From positions 868,001-932,000 of the forward strand of contig JAPETS010000003.1 in NCBI GenBank assembly GCA_026023565.1: a stretch of DNA of 64,000 bases, written 5' to 3'. Under the pieces are notes generated by a model. The model saw nothing but the letters and a program-made list of their open reading frames with translations, was not told the DNA's origin and did not search any database. The DNA comes from Cirrosporium novae-zelandiae (Eukaryota). The translations under genes were made by a program, and so were the position numbers. Below, in pieces: positions 42,087 through 54,578 of the stretch (positions are counted from its first letter, which is position 1; each line of letters begins with the position of its first letter).

Positions 42087-45000
42087 ATGTCTCCGCATAA
42101 GCTAGAAACTGACATCAATGGTTTAAATATCAAGATTGCGATTGATAGAGGAGGGACCTTTACTGATTGCTTGGGAATGGTCGAAGGCCATAAGGATGAT
42201 ATTGTCGTCAAGCTCCTGTCGCAAGATCCTGCCAACTATGCCGACGCCCCAATTGAAGGAATAAGGCGAATCCTAGAACAGGCCACCGGTCAGCCTTTCC
42301 CACGAGACCAAAAACTGAATATTGGTGATTTCTCGAGCTTCAGCGTCCGAATGGGCACCACGGTTGCAACAAATGCGCTGCTGGAACGTAAAGGTGAAAG
42401 GGCGGCTTTATTAATCACAAAAGGCTTCAAAGATGCTCTGAAAATTGGCAATCAATCTCGACCGAAGCTGTTCGCGTTGAATATCGAGAGGGCTGATGTT
42501 TTATATGAGGACGTTGTTGAAGTAGACGAACGCGTAACCATTGAAGATTATCAGCAGAATCCAACACCAGACATTGAAGGGCTCCAGGCCATCTTAAAAA
42601 CAGACCCTGCAGTAACAAAGGGTGTCGGAGGTCAAGTCGTGAGGATATTGACCAAGCTAGACGAAGAAAAGACGAGAAAAGATTTACGAATGCTTTATGA
42701 CAAGGGATATCGTTCCATCGCCGTCTGCCTAACACACTCTTACACCTTTCAAGGTAAGTGTACCACTGGGAGTAGTTTCTGGTTTGGATTTTTACTAACA
42801 CTACCCGTAGAACACGAACTTATCATTGAAAAGTTAGCCCAAGAAATTGGGTTTCCACAAATCTCACTATCCAGTCAGCTTCTTCCCATGATCAAAATGA
42901 CCTCTCGAGGAGCTTCTGCTACTGCTGATGCATACTTAACTCCTGTCATTAAACACTACATCGAGGGATTCCGGGATGGTTTCAAGGACCGATTAACATC
43001 TAACGATACTCGCTGCGAGTTTATGCAGAGCGATGGAGGTTTAGCCAATTTTGAAAAGTTTTCTGGGTTGCGAGCTATTCTATCCGGCCCTGCTGGCGGC
43101 GTTGTAGGTCATGCACGCACCTCATATGACCCTAATGATGGAACCCCCGTTATAGGCTTCGATATGGGGGGAACGAGTACTGATGTGTCTCGATATGATG
43201 GGAAATTTGATCATACTTTTGAGAACACCACTGCCGGCGTTACAGTAATGGCTCCTCAACTTGATATCAATACTGTCGCCGCCGGTGGAGGTAGTATTCT
43301 TTTTTGGCGCCATGGCTTGTTTGTTGTTGGCCCTGACAGTGCAGGTGCTCATCCGGGCCCTGCTTGTTACCGCAAAGGGGGCCCCTTGACTGTTACTGAT
43401 GCCAACCTATTCCTTGGCCGCCTTCTTCCTGAATATTTCCCAAAGATCTTCGGTCCTAATGAAAATGAGCCTTTGGATGTTGAGGTTGCACGGAAGAAGT
43501 TTACTGAATTAGCCGCTCAGATTAACGAGGAAACTGGCCAGGAGAAGACAGCGGAAGAAATCGCTCTTGGTTTCATAGAGGTTGCCAATGAAAGTATGGC
43601 TAAGCCAATTCGAGCTCTCACGGAAGCCCGAGGGTTTGATACTTCTGCCCACAATCTTGCATGCTTTGGCGGTGCCGGTGGCCAGCATGCCTGTGCAATT
43701 GCCTCTTCGCTAGCCATCGAAACCGTCATCATTCATACTTACTCCTCTATTCTCTCCGCTTATGGTATGGCGCTTGCGGATGTTGTCCATGAGGCCCAGG
43801 AGCCAGCATCTGATGTCCTTAGTGAAGCTTCTATGCCCTCTATTAGAGAGCGCATTTCTGCTCTTAGAACACTGGTCGACAAGGAGTTGACTAGCGACGG
43901 TATCACACAGGACCAAATTTTCCACGAAGTATACCTCAATCTCAAATATCAGGGCACTGATAACACTTTGATGATTTTAGAACCATCGAATGGAAACTTT
44001 GAGGAGGTCTTCAGTAAAGAACATGAAAGGGAGTTTACATTCAAGTTTCCAGGACGGAATATTCTCGTTGAAGATATTCGTGTTCGTGGCGTTGGAAAAT
44101 CCGAGTCACGACCGGCTGAACCTCCACAGGGGGAGCTCAAAGCTCTTCAGGTACTACCAATCGACAAAGAAAGGCAGGATGACTCAAATTCTGTTTATTT
44201 TGCTGGCGTTGGTAGTGTTTCAACTCCCGTGTTTTTTCTGGACAACTTACAGCCTGGCAATATTATACAAGGCCCTGCAATGATAATTGACAGGACACAG
44301 ACCATCGTAGTAGAACCCCATGCGACCGCTAAAATTCTCTCTCGACATGTCATCTTGAGTGTTTCACCTAAAAAGATACAAAATGCTAACACAGCCGAAG
44401 TTGTTGACCCAATTCGTTTATCCATCTTCGGCCATCGTTTCATGTCAATCGCAGAGCAAATGGGCAGGATGTTCCAGAAGACTTCTGTCTCCACCAATAT
44501 CAAGGAGCGTCTTGACTTTTCGTGTGCACTATTCTCTCCTGATGGGAAATTAGTCGCTAATGCTCCCCATGTTCCTGTCCATCTTGGCTCCATGGAGTAT
44601 GCAGTTCGATATCAACATGAAAAATACGGAAAGGAGTTGAGGCCTGGTGACCATTTATGCACAAACCATCCCCTTGCCGGTGGAACACATTTGCCTGATA
44701 TTACGATAATTACACCCGTTTGGGATGCAGAAGGTAGAGAAATCATCTTCTATGTTGCTTCACGTGGTCACCACGCAGAAATCGGGGGTACGCATCCTGG
44801 ATCTATGCCATCAGATAGTAAGATGCTGTATGAAGAGGGAGCAATGACTATGAGCTTCAAACTGGTATCTGAAGGTCATTTCAATGAAGAGGCTGTTCGT
44901 CAATTCCTATGCGAGGAGCCAGCAGCATACCCAGGATGCAGTGCTACGCGCACCTATAAGGACAATGTGTCTGATTTGAAAGCCGCAATCGCAGCAAATG

Positions 45001-46190
45001 CAAAAGGGGCTCAATTAGTGAACTCGCTAGTTGAAGAAAATAGCTTACAAGTTGTACATTTCTACATGAATGCTATCAAAGATAATGCTGAGGTTGCTGT
45101 CCGTGACTTTCTCAAAAAGATAGGTCAGGAAACCCATGGTCAACCATTACGTTTCTCCGATTTCATGGACGATGGCACAGAAATCAAATTAGAAATTCGT
45201 ATCGATCCAGAAACAGGTTCCTCCGAGTTCGATTTCACAGGCACAGGAAGGGAGACATTTAATTGTCTCAATGCGCCGAAAGCTATTGCCCACTCAGCAA
45301 TTATTTACTCCCTGCGATGTCTTATAAACGTTGACATTCCTCTAAATCAAGGCTGTCTAGCACCTATTAAAGTTATCATTCCACCCGGTACGTTGCTTAA
45401 CCCGTCTGGGTACGCCGCAGTATGTGCTGGCAACCCAATTACGTCCCAACGCATCACAGACGTTGTTCTAGGTGCTTTCGATGCCTGTGCAGCTTCTCAA
45501 GGTTGTGTGAACATCATTTCGTTTGGAATGGGTGGTCGGGACGCCAGTGGCAAAGAAATCCCTGGGTTTGGTGTAGGTGAAACCATCTGCGGTGGATCTG
45601 GAGCAGGGCCCACATGGCACGGCACTTCCGGGATACACTGTCATATGACCAATACGCGTATTACTGATCCTGAAGTATACGAATTACGGTATCCAATAAT
45701 CCTGCGAGAGTTCTCTATCCGTGAAGGCTCTGGAGGGAAGGGTCTCTACAATGGAGGGGATGGAGTAATTCGCGATATCGAGTTCCGGATACCGCTATCG
45801 GCATCTATGCTTAGTGAACGTCGAGTATACCGGCCATATGGCTTGGCAGGTGGTGAAGCGGGCCAGGCCGGTTTGAACCTCTATATAAAAAAAGAGCATG
45901 ACGGTATGGAACGGTTGATCAACATTGGGGGAAAGATGGAGCTGAATATGCAGCCGGGAGAGCGGATCCTCATTCACACGTAAGAGATCTTTTTCTTTTT
46001 TCACATTGGAAGCCATTTTCTTTTTAGAGCGCAGGATACTAACTTAACTTCCAGGCCTGGAGGCGGTGGATGGGGTAAAGCAACAGACAAGCCAACGCTG
46101 GCGTCGGGTACGAAGGTGGCTAGTAGTACAGTTTTTCATCCTCGTGGAAGCGTCCATGCTTGGACGGAAGCAGCTGAGGCAGCAATTTAA
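42087..46190 (+). CDS. OXP1: ATP-dependent 5-oxoprolinase (hydantoinase A+B fusion)
   Basis: IAIDRGGTFTD, MGTTVATNALLERKG, LSGPAGGVVG, DMGGTSTDV, NIKERLDFSCA and HMTNTRITDPE; introns 42754-42810 and ~45980-46054. Confidence 0.95.
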
Positions 46191-46506
46191 TCATCTATAA
46201 TTTTGATATCATGGATATATAGATACACGAATGTATGAATCTTAACCTCAATAGATTCAATAGACTAGAAGAGATTTCACGAGGTCACTATTATGTCTAA
46301 ATCATTATGATTGGATCGCGTTCTGCATAATCTCCACCGTGGGGTAAATAAAGATAACATTAATAAGGTTTCACTAATCTCACACCAAAGAACAGTGTAC
46401 GTCAGAGATAAAGGGCTCGATGCCCATCGACCCTCATATCTCTATTATTATTTACTTTTCTATCCAAGCAACAATTGACTTCCAAGGATTACAATAATGG
46501 CTGTCT

Positions 46507-48840
46507 ATGCAGATAATGACTTCCCGCACGCGTACTGGTTGCTGGACCTGTCGAGCTCGCCGCGTCAAGTGTGATGGTGAGAACTCTAGCCCTAAAGCTC
46601 AATCAAAAACTAATGAACGTGTTAAATTTCCAGAGAAACATCCTGTCTGCGCCCGGTGTAGCCGTAACAACCTCATCTGTGGCTATGGATTGCGATTGAT
46701 CTGGCATGAAGATGCCCTCGCAAGGGGCATGTGCCATGGGCGCGAAGGCGTATGGTCGAAACAGAGAAACATTACTCCGGGCCGTCCGGGAAGGAATATT
46801 GGTTTGGATCTACAACTGAAAAGAAAAGCAGAATATGCAGCTCGACTCAGTCAGATGCTGCCAAGAGATAGAGGGAACAAATTCGAGCAATACCTGCACC
46901 ATACTGGCCCAGCAAGGTTTCTCAACACAACAATCAAAGATCTCCAGTTATACTTTCGATATGATGATGAAACCGAGGAAAGAAATTCTAGAACGGCGTC
47001 GGAGGAAAGACAGATCAGCACACCTAATGTAGAGCTGAACGAAGTAACCCATATGAACTTGCAATGCCACCTCTCTGCCATTCCAGGAAAGTTCGTATCA
47101 TCCAGTCATGACAGCGCACTCCTCTCATATTATGAGGGCATCATCTGTAGCACAGCTACACTCCTCGACGATGAACTTCATAATCCTTACCGATATGTGA
47201 TTCTCCCCATGGCGTTGCAATCGGAAGGTCTCTATCATGCTACTTTAGCAATAGCGGCCAACACCTTGCGTTTAGCGTACCCAAAGTATGCTGTAGTAGC
47301 TTTAGAACATCGCCAGCGGGCTTTAAAGAGTTTAATAAGGGCGACAAGAAAAGCCGAGTGGAATGCGGAGGAGATGGATGAGATGCTAGGACTTGTCCTC
47401 ATGTTATGTTGGTTCGAGGTTAGCAATTTGTCCTTTAATTCTTTTGATCCATAATGAGTTTTCGTCTTGGACTTCTGTTTCAAATGACTGTAGCCAAATA
47501 TTTGATTTGGTGAGTGGATTTTACCGTTAGCTAACCAGGGTTTAGATTTCTGATGGCTCCCGTCCAACATGGGTAGCGCACTTGAATGGGTTTCAAAGCC
47601 TTATTCAATACATTCAACAACACTCCTATTATACCTCACTTCAAAACCAAAAGCTTGATCGATTTTTCCGCCTATATTTTGCTTTTCACCTCGTCATGGC
47701 TAAGACTGCCTTTCGTATGGATGATGTGACGCCTCCCTCCTCGAACGCGACGACCCCAACAGGGGTTTTAACTACCAGCCTACTTTCATCTACCCATTCA
47801 GAAAATTCTTCCCCTTGCTCAGAGCTAGGGAGTCCTCTTGAATCCGGTGGATCGGCTGATACCTGTGTCGGTTATCCTTCATGTTCAAAATCCACAGATT
47901 TTCTTTCACTCAATATGGAGTTTGATTCACTCAATGAAATTGATCCTTATATGGGCTTCAGCAACGCACTTCTACTCCTGATAAATGAAATTGCAGACCT
48001 AGCTCAAAGTTCGTCTTACACAAGCTCTCCGCGGAACCTAATAGCGGTTGGAGAAGAATCAGCAATACAAGCCAAAGTCAAACGACTCAAAACCAGCTTG
48101 GAGAATCTGAAACAAAGCCCGCCATTCTATGGAACGACGAAGACGAAAGAAGGAACACCCAAGGGGTACCAGAAGCATGAATTAGTGTTGAAAGCTACAG
48201 CAGAGGCATACAGGCTTGGAGCTCTGGTTTTCTTGTACGAAACATGTTCCCTTCTGACTGCGAGGGCCGCTTCCCTCACCAATCCCGAGCCACCTCTCCT
48301 CGGCCCGGAAGAAAAAGAACAATATATTTCCAAGATCCTGCATCTAATCGATGAGAGCAACTATGATGATATGAGTATAATGACCACCGCGGCATGTCCG
48401 CTATGGGCACTTTTCCTTGCTGGTTGCTGCTCTAGAAAGGAACATAATAGAGTCGTTGTGTTAAGCATATTTGAAGCGTGGGAAGGACAAAAACGGTTCG
48501 GAGTAAGTCTCCAGTATATCTTGAACCTTTAATGTTGCAGTCATAGCACAACGCAACAACCATTCATAATATTCTTCTGGCTCCGCACTAATTGTTATCG
48601 GCAATCTAGAACGTGACTCCTGCTCGTGAAGTGGTTGAAATGGTGTGGCGACAGAGGGACCTCGCCGGCGACGATAACCCCAAGCCTGTCAGGCGTGAAA
48701 AAGGGAATAAAAGACGGAAAAGCTCTAACCAAGAATCCCCGCTGAGAGAATGGGAAGAGTCAAGCCCAAATGTTCTGGAGCGGTATGAGTGGGAACGTGC
48801 CATGGAGATGATGGGGGGCTGGAAGATTAGTTTGACATAG
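46507..48840 (+). CDS. Zn(II)2Cys6 transcription factor with a Fungal_trans_2-type domain
   Basis: RTRTGCWTCRARRVKCD(E)KHPVCARC...C, HNPYRYVILPMA, WVAHLNG, AEAYRLGA and PLWALFLAGC; three introns. Confidence 0.88.
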
Positions 48841-49254
48841 GTAGTGCGGGATATAGATGATAATTGCTTAAATGATTGAAAGATACAGCTTTGGTGCTGA
48901 ATATGGATGATGAGATTGGTATCTGCAGATTACAGCGTTAGGAGACCAGACCGGTAGTTCTAATTTTGACCCTATACAGTGTTGTATGAGGGGGCTTTTA
49001 GCATATAAGCAAGGGGAATAAGGCTCTATAGTCCTCCGCGAAGTGGAATAATAGAAAAATCACATACTACACATATTCTATGCATGGTGTCCTTTTCATC
49101 AAGAATTGCTATCCCGTTTTTCATCTTCGACGCCTATGATATCGACCATCGTCTTAGTCGTCTGCTCATGCACCGAATTTTCCGAAACGCCTATACTGTC
49201 ATCATCTTATCACAACTCAATGAACAGACAAGAAGGACGGCCTAGCACCATCCT

Positions 49255-50057
49255 TTAGTTCAAGTTCGGCGCCATTGCAACAAGACTGAACCTGAGATCT
49301 TTCCCACCAGCCTGAGCAAGGAAGTTTTTCACCCCTAAATTTAGGGCTTTGTCGCTCAGCATATCTTCCTCTGGTTCCAAGGCGCCACGGTCCAGTGGTC
49401 CTTTCCACCCACCCTCTAGCTCCCATAGATGTCCATCTTTGCCCTTGACGAAACAGATATAGTGATTTCCAACTGGGTCCTCTGAATTGGGAGCTACCGT
49501 GTCACCCCTGACAGCGGCAGACTTATGAGCGACCTCGAGAGCTTCAGAATTGTAGAGCAGATCTGCACGTGCTTGCCGCTTGAGTGGTATGGCCTCCTTC
49601 AATAGTTTTTCCATGTCTGACCCTGGTTGGATGTATTGCTTCGTCTCTCCATTGCAGAGGCCGTGAAGGAGAGCGATGAGTCCGCAAGCATTTCCGATCG
49701 TCTGTTTAAACCAGACGACAGGTTCCTTGTCCCCAGCCTCATTGTATTCAGGAACGGTCTTATCATCCTTTTCTCGAGCCTTGTAGTAGACATCAGCAGG
49801 ACAGGTAAAGAGCAAGGCATACACTGGGCGGGGGACGAAAGCTAGGAGCTCAGGATCATCGATACTGTAGACATCATAAAAGTCTAGGTTGGACGAGACA
49901 CCGAGCTTGCTAGCGAGGTGAGAGAAAACATCCGGGTTGTTCTCTGAGCTGAGGTTAGTATATTGTATTATCTGTTTGAATCCCTGGGTTTAAACCAACC
50001 CAAGGGTACCCAAATCTTCTTCTTGTTTGGGAGGTTGGACGTCTCTGGAGTAGCCAT
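49255..50057 (-). CDS. Ubiquitin C-terminal hydrolase (peptidase C12, Yuh1/UCH-L3-like)
   Basis: WVPLE|NNPDVF, FYDVYSIDD, KQTIGNACG (Gln, Cys), HYICFV (His) and WELEG; one intron. Confidence 0.92.
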
Positions 50058-51046
50058 GGCGAAGATGGAATGAGAAGAAATGTTTTTGAATCTGTCTTGA
50101 TGCAAGCTTAGAAGGACGGAGAATAATGAATCTTATACCAACGTATACCCCGCCATTCACTGGTTAGCAGGCATCAATCAGCTTACGGGTGCGATGACAT
50201 AGTCCTGCAAACATATCAAACATCAGGTACGATCTAACTGTAAGTCTTACTCGACACGTGCTCGAGTACACAGCATTTCCATTCATTTGTCAACGTACTC
50301 GCAAATTGGAAACATAGGTTTTTCCGTAATTATGGTATTTCACATTTATCATCTTCATATAATCCGTTGGACCGATCATCATATTGAAGCGAAACAACCT
50401 TCAAGCATATCAAGTAAGTTCTCAAGGCCGACAGTACTGTAGAAGTATATGCACAGGATGAAGCGGTGTGCAGGGGAAAAACTTGGTAAAAATGCTTCTA
50501 AGCTGTCATAAACTTCTTTAGTGATTCTTTTTTTGGAATACTTTCGGTGGTCTTCGGCTCGGATCACCTGTAAAAAAGTTCCGTTCACCTCATCCGAAGG
50601 CCTTTTTAGGGCGAGGTTATTCGGTGATAAGCAACCCGGTTTAGCGCTATTTTATTAGCCGTTTAAACTACCTAATTAATTACTTATTTATTATATGCGT
50701 GGAAGTTTTTTACGTATACGCGTATAGAATTAAAGTTCAATTGTGGAATCCTCGCTTAAGGGATCATGCCCTCTAGCTATATACGGTTAATTTCCGTCGT
50801 AATATTTCAAATCTTTACGGACTTGGAGTGCCGATAAACTATAGAAACGGGAAGAAAAATAACGAAAATGAAAATTACAGGTTAAAATACAGAGAACTGG
50901 GACCTCTGTCGAAGTGGGGCGAGCTAACAATTATTCTGGGTTTGACCAAGTAGATGAGTGTGTAGACCCCGTAAAAGCTCATACGACCATTCGCTTAGTA
51001 TTTTACGAGTGGTCGACTGAGACCAACGTTTAGTGCATGTGGTCGC

Positions 51047-51092
51047 CCGAGCTCGGTGAATGGTAGGCCGAGCTCAGTGAATGGTAGGCCGA
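51047..51092. repeat. 21-bp tandem repeat, about 2.2 copies
   Basis: CCGAGCTCGGTGAATGGTAGG / CCGAGCTCAGTGAATGGTAGG / CCGA. Confidence 0.9.
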
Positions 51093-51138
51093 TATGTGCA
51101 CTCCAATTACACCATTTATTTCCAACTGATTATCCATC

Positions 51139-51220
51139 GCTTATGAAAAGTTCGGTTTTATCGTGTTTATGAAAAGTTCGGTCTTATTGTGCTTACGAAA
51201 AGTTCGGTCTTATCGTGCTT
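51139..51220. repeat. 26-bp tandem repeat, 3 copies
   Basis: GCTTATGAAAAGTTCGGTTTTATCGT / GTTTATGAAAAGTTCGGTCTTATTGT / GCTTACGAAAAGTTCGGTCTTATCGT. Confidence 0.92.
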
Positions 51221-51434
51221 CCGAATAATTACCTACGTATCATTGATGAGAAAGCCCATAATGCCCATTAGGACCCATAGTGGAGCGATATCTACTCGCA
51301 TGCTAATTGTTCCATTATTGCTTGGGAGAAAGCAATCTTGTCCTGTATACGCTAATGAAAATTTATAAGCTTCTACTAATACATATATTTCCAATTGTAA
51401 CTAGCCCCCCACATTCCCCATAGCCTATTCAACA

Positions 51435-52347
51435 ATGTCACTCTATAAAGCCCTCCAAGTCGTGCCAGGAAGAGCTTCCAGTATTTTCAAACCATTTGTG
51501 ATTCCTCATTCTCATTTTCCAATTTCAACCAATACAAAGTTCACCCACACAGTCCCAAAAAGATTCTCCAGTTCCACCACCATGTCTGCCTCCGCACCCC
51601 TCATCCAGTCATGGGAATCCCGCCATACCATTTACCAACTTTCCAATTCGTCAACAATCTCTGACGAGAAGATCAAAGAGGTTGCCGAAAAAGCACTCTT
51701 GAACGTCCCAAGCTCTTTCAACTCCCAGTCTACCAGACTTGTTATTTTGCTCAAAAAAGATCATGAACAGCTCTGGGATTTCACAAAGGAGATCTTGAAG
51801 CCAATCGTAGGTGAGGGTTTCGCTGCTACGGAGGCTAAGCTTAATGGCTTCCGTGCTGCATATGGAACTGTGAGTCTTGAGATCTATAGTCGATGAAGCA
51901 TTTGGGGAGAGGCAATTCAATTCTGACAAACCTCACTTGCAGATTCTCTTCTATGAAGACCCCGTACCTGTTCAAGAACTTCAAAAGAACTTTGCACTAT
52001 ATGCCGACAGGTTCCCCGTATGGTCCGAGCACACATCTGCCATGCATCAGTTTGCTCGTACGTATATTCTTCCAATACTGAGACTTTATTGGACATAAAT
52101 AGATCCCTTGAAGTTCTATACTAATACGTCTTCTTGCAAAATAGTCTGGACAGCCCTCGATGCCGAAGGTCTTGGCGCCAATCTTCAGCATTACAGCCCT
52201 CTGGTTGACGAAAAGATTTCAAAGACGTGGAATGTTCCGGCTGCATGGTCATTGAAGGGACAGCTGGTATTTGGGAAGCCAGCAGGTGGCGCACATGAGA
52301 AGACTCAGAAGCCTCTGGAGGAGAGACTGTTTGTCCACGGCGCATAG
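51435..52347 (+). CDS. Nitroreductase, Frm2/Hbn1 family
   Basis: SRHTIYQL, VPSSFNSQSTR, AYGTILFYED, WSEHTSAMHQ, WTAL..EGLGANLQHY and QLVFG; two introns. Confidence 0.92.
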
Positions 52348-52753
52348 GAAAATCCAAAGCTTCCAAGCTTGGGGATACATCTATAGATATTTGATACCAC
52401 GATAGATTATCTCTAGAAATGAATGAATAAATCTCCATGGCAATTCCAGCCGTCTCTAGACTTGTTTGAATGTCATGATTAAGATTTGACTGACGTGCGG
52501 AGATGATCAAAACAGCAGATCAATTAACCAGTAAATCTACCTAAGGATGGAGTGTGGCCTGTGGGGTTGATGTACTTGAGGCATTATCCAAATTAGGGTT
52601 AGCGAGTGCTATGACCAGTAACCGTCGTTTCCCAGGTCTGACGTAAACCATGGGAACAGAGAGGTATCTTATCTGCTTCTCACCACCTCCCACAAATTAG
52701 ATTCAATTAAAAAGGCATTATTAACCACATAAATTATCCATATAAATCCAAAT

Positions 52754-54578
52754 ATGGCTCCATCTGTTGCTTTACAGGACAATCATGGTAAGCATATCGC
52801 CCTATCTCTTAATCTGAAATATGACCCTGATCGTTCCAATTGAATAGATGGTTTCACGTAAGATATGTTCGCTGGGCAGCTTCCAATTGTCCCGCCAGGT
52901 CCTAACGTCATTGTTATAAAAGTGGTATCGAAACCAGACAGAATCCGCATCCTCACTCGACCAATCCTTATGCACCCGTTGGAGACTTCCTGGTGAGTAT
53001 GAATACCCTGAGAAGGGAATATCGAGTATTGATTGAGGGAACAGAGCAATGTTTCAAGGTTCAAGATTATCGAGTCAACCTTGAGGGAAGGAGAGCAGTT
53101 TGCCAATGCCTTCTTCGATCTTCCAACTAAGATTCGTATTGCACGGGCACTCGACGACTTTGGAGTGGATTATATCGAACTTACCTCCCCTTGCGCCAGC
53201 GAGCAAAGCCGGAAGGACTGTGAAGAGATTTGCAAACTTGGTCTTCGCGCCAAGATCCTAACCCATGTCAGATGTCATATGGGTATAGCCGCTCTTGCAA
53301 CCTTTGTTAATGATATTAAAGCTAACTTGCTGTTAGATGATGCCCGCGTGGCCGTCGAGACTGGGGTTGATGGCGTTGACATTGTCATTGGAACTTCATC
53401 ATATCTAAAAGAACATAGCCATGGGAAGGATATGACATATATCCAAAATACAGCTTTAGAGGTAATTGCATTTATTAAGTCCAAAGGGCTTGAGGTCCGC
53501 TTCAGTTCCGAAGATAGGTGCGTTCTTCTAATTGTTTCAAATGCAGCATCACAAGATTAACACCTACGTAATAGTTTCCGATCCGATTTAGTGGATCTCC
53601 TTACAAGTTCGTTATCTCAATCTCCACTACCTTTCTTCTAAATTCTAATGTGCCCCATAGTTTACAGCGCTGTGAACAAAGGTGAGTGTATCTAGGACTG
53701 TTGGGTGCTGTTGATAGCCTAATTAATGAGTTACAGTCGGTGTTAACCGCGTTGGTATTGCTGATACAGTCGGGTGCGCTGGGCCTAGACAAGTGTATGA
53801 CCTAGTAAGGACACTCAGAGGCGTTGTGAGTTGCGACATAGAGACGCACTTCCACAATGACAGTGGCTGTGCTATCGCAAATGCCTATTGCGCACTTGAA
53901 GCAGGTGCCACTCACATCGATACCGCAGTATTGGGCATTGGGGAAAGGAACGGTATCACCCCTCTAGGTGGCCTTATGGCTCGTATGATTGTTGCCGATC
54001 GCGACTATGTACTATCCAAGTATCGATTGGATAAGTTGAAGGAGATAGAAGACCTGGTGGCAGAGGCTGTCGAGATAAATGTCCCCTTTAACAATCCCGT
54101 TACCGGTTTTTGTGCATTCACGCATAAAGCTGGCATTCATGCCAAAGCGATTCTCAATGATCCAAGTACCTACGAGATCATAAAACCATCCGACTTTGGA
54201 ATGAGCCGCTATGTCCATTTCGCCTCCCGCTTAACGGGCTGGAACGCAATAAAGAGCCGATGTGACCAACTTGGGCTGTCGATGACGGATGAACAAATCA
54301 AAGCCGTGACCGCCAAAATCAAAGCTCTTGCTGATGTGCGGCCAATTGCGATTGATGATGCAGATTCGATAATCCGAAGCTTTCATTATAACTTGCAAAA
54401 TGACGACGAACGACCTTTACTTCCTGATCTCTCTAGCAAGGAGGAAGAACATGTTCAGAAGACCGAAGTCGATCTATCCACGGTAGAAGGTGACCAGGGG
54501 CTGGGAGATGTTAGCAATGGGGGCACGGAGATGCCTATATCTAAGAAGAGAAAGACAGAAACCACATCCGAAAAATAG
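52754..54578 (+). CDS. LYS20: Homocitrate synthase
   Basis: [53 protein letters not shown] and [11 protein letters not shown]; seven introns; C-terminal KKRK. Confidence 0.95.

Noticed and set aside
50980..51016. CATACGACCAT resembling the 5' end of fungal 5S rRNA
   Set aside because: Similarity ends after about 11 nt; the rest is only a small imperfect hairpin (CGACCATTCG/CGAGTGGTCG).
51047..51220. Short direct repeats as a CRISPR-like array
   Set aside because: The units are head-to-tail with no unique spacers, there are no cas genes, and the context is eukaryotic.
52593..52602. TTAGGGTTAG as a telomerase RNA template or interstitial telomere
   Set aside because: Fewer than two repeat units in a 400-bp intergenic gap, with no room for a telomerase RNA; at most a promoter telobox.
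30493..54578. Lysine (alpha-aminoadipate) biosynthesis cluster: aminotransferase, saccharopine dehydrogenase-like gene, homocitrate synthase
   Set aside because: The genes are spread over 24 kb with unrelated genes between them. The reductase is SCCPDH-like rather than Lys1/Lys9, and the aminotransferase is AspAT-type.
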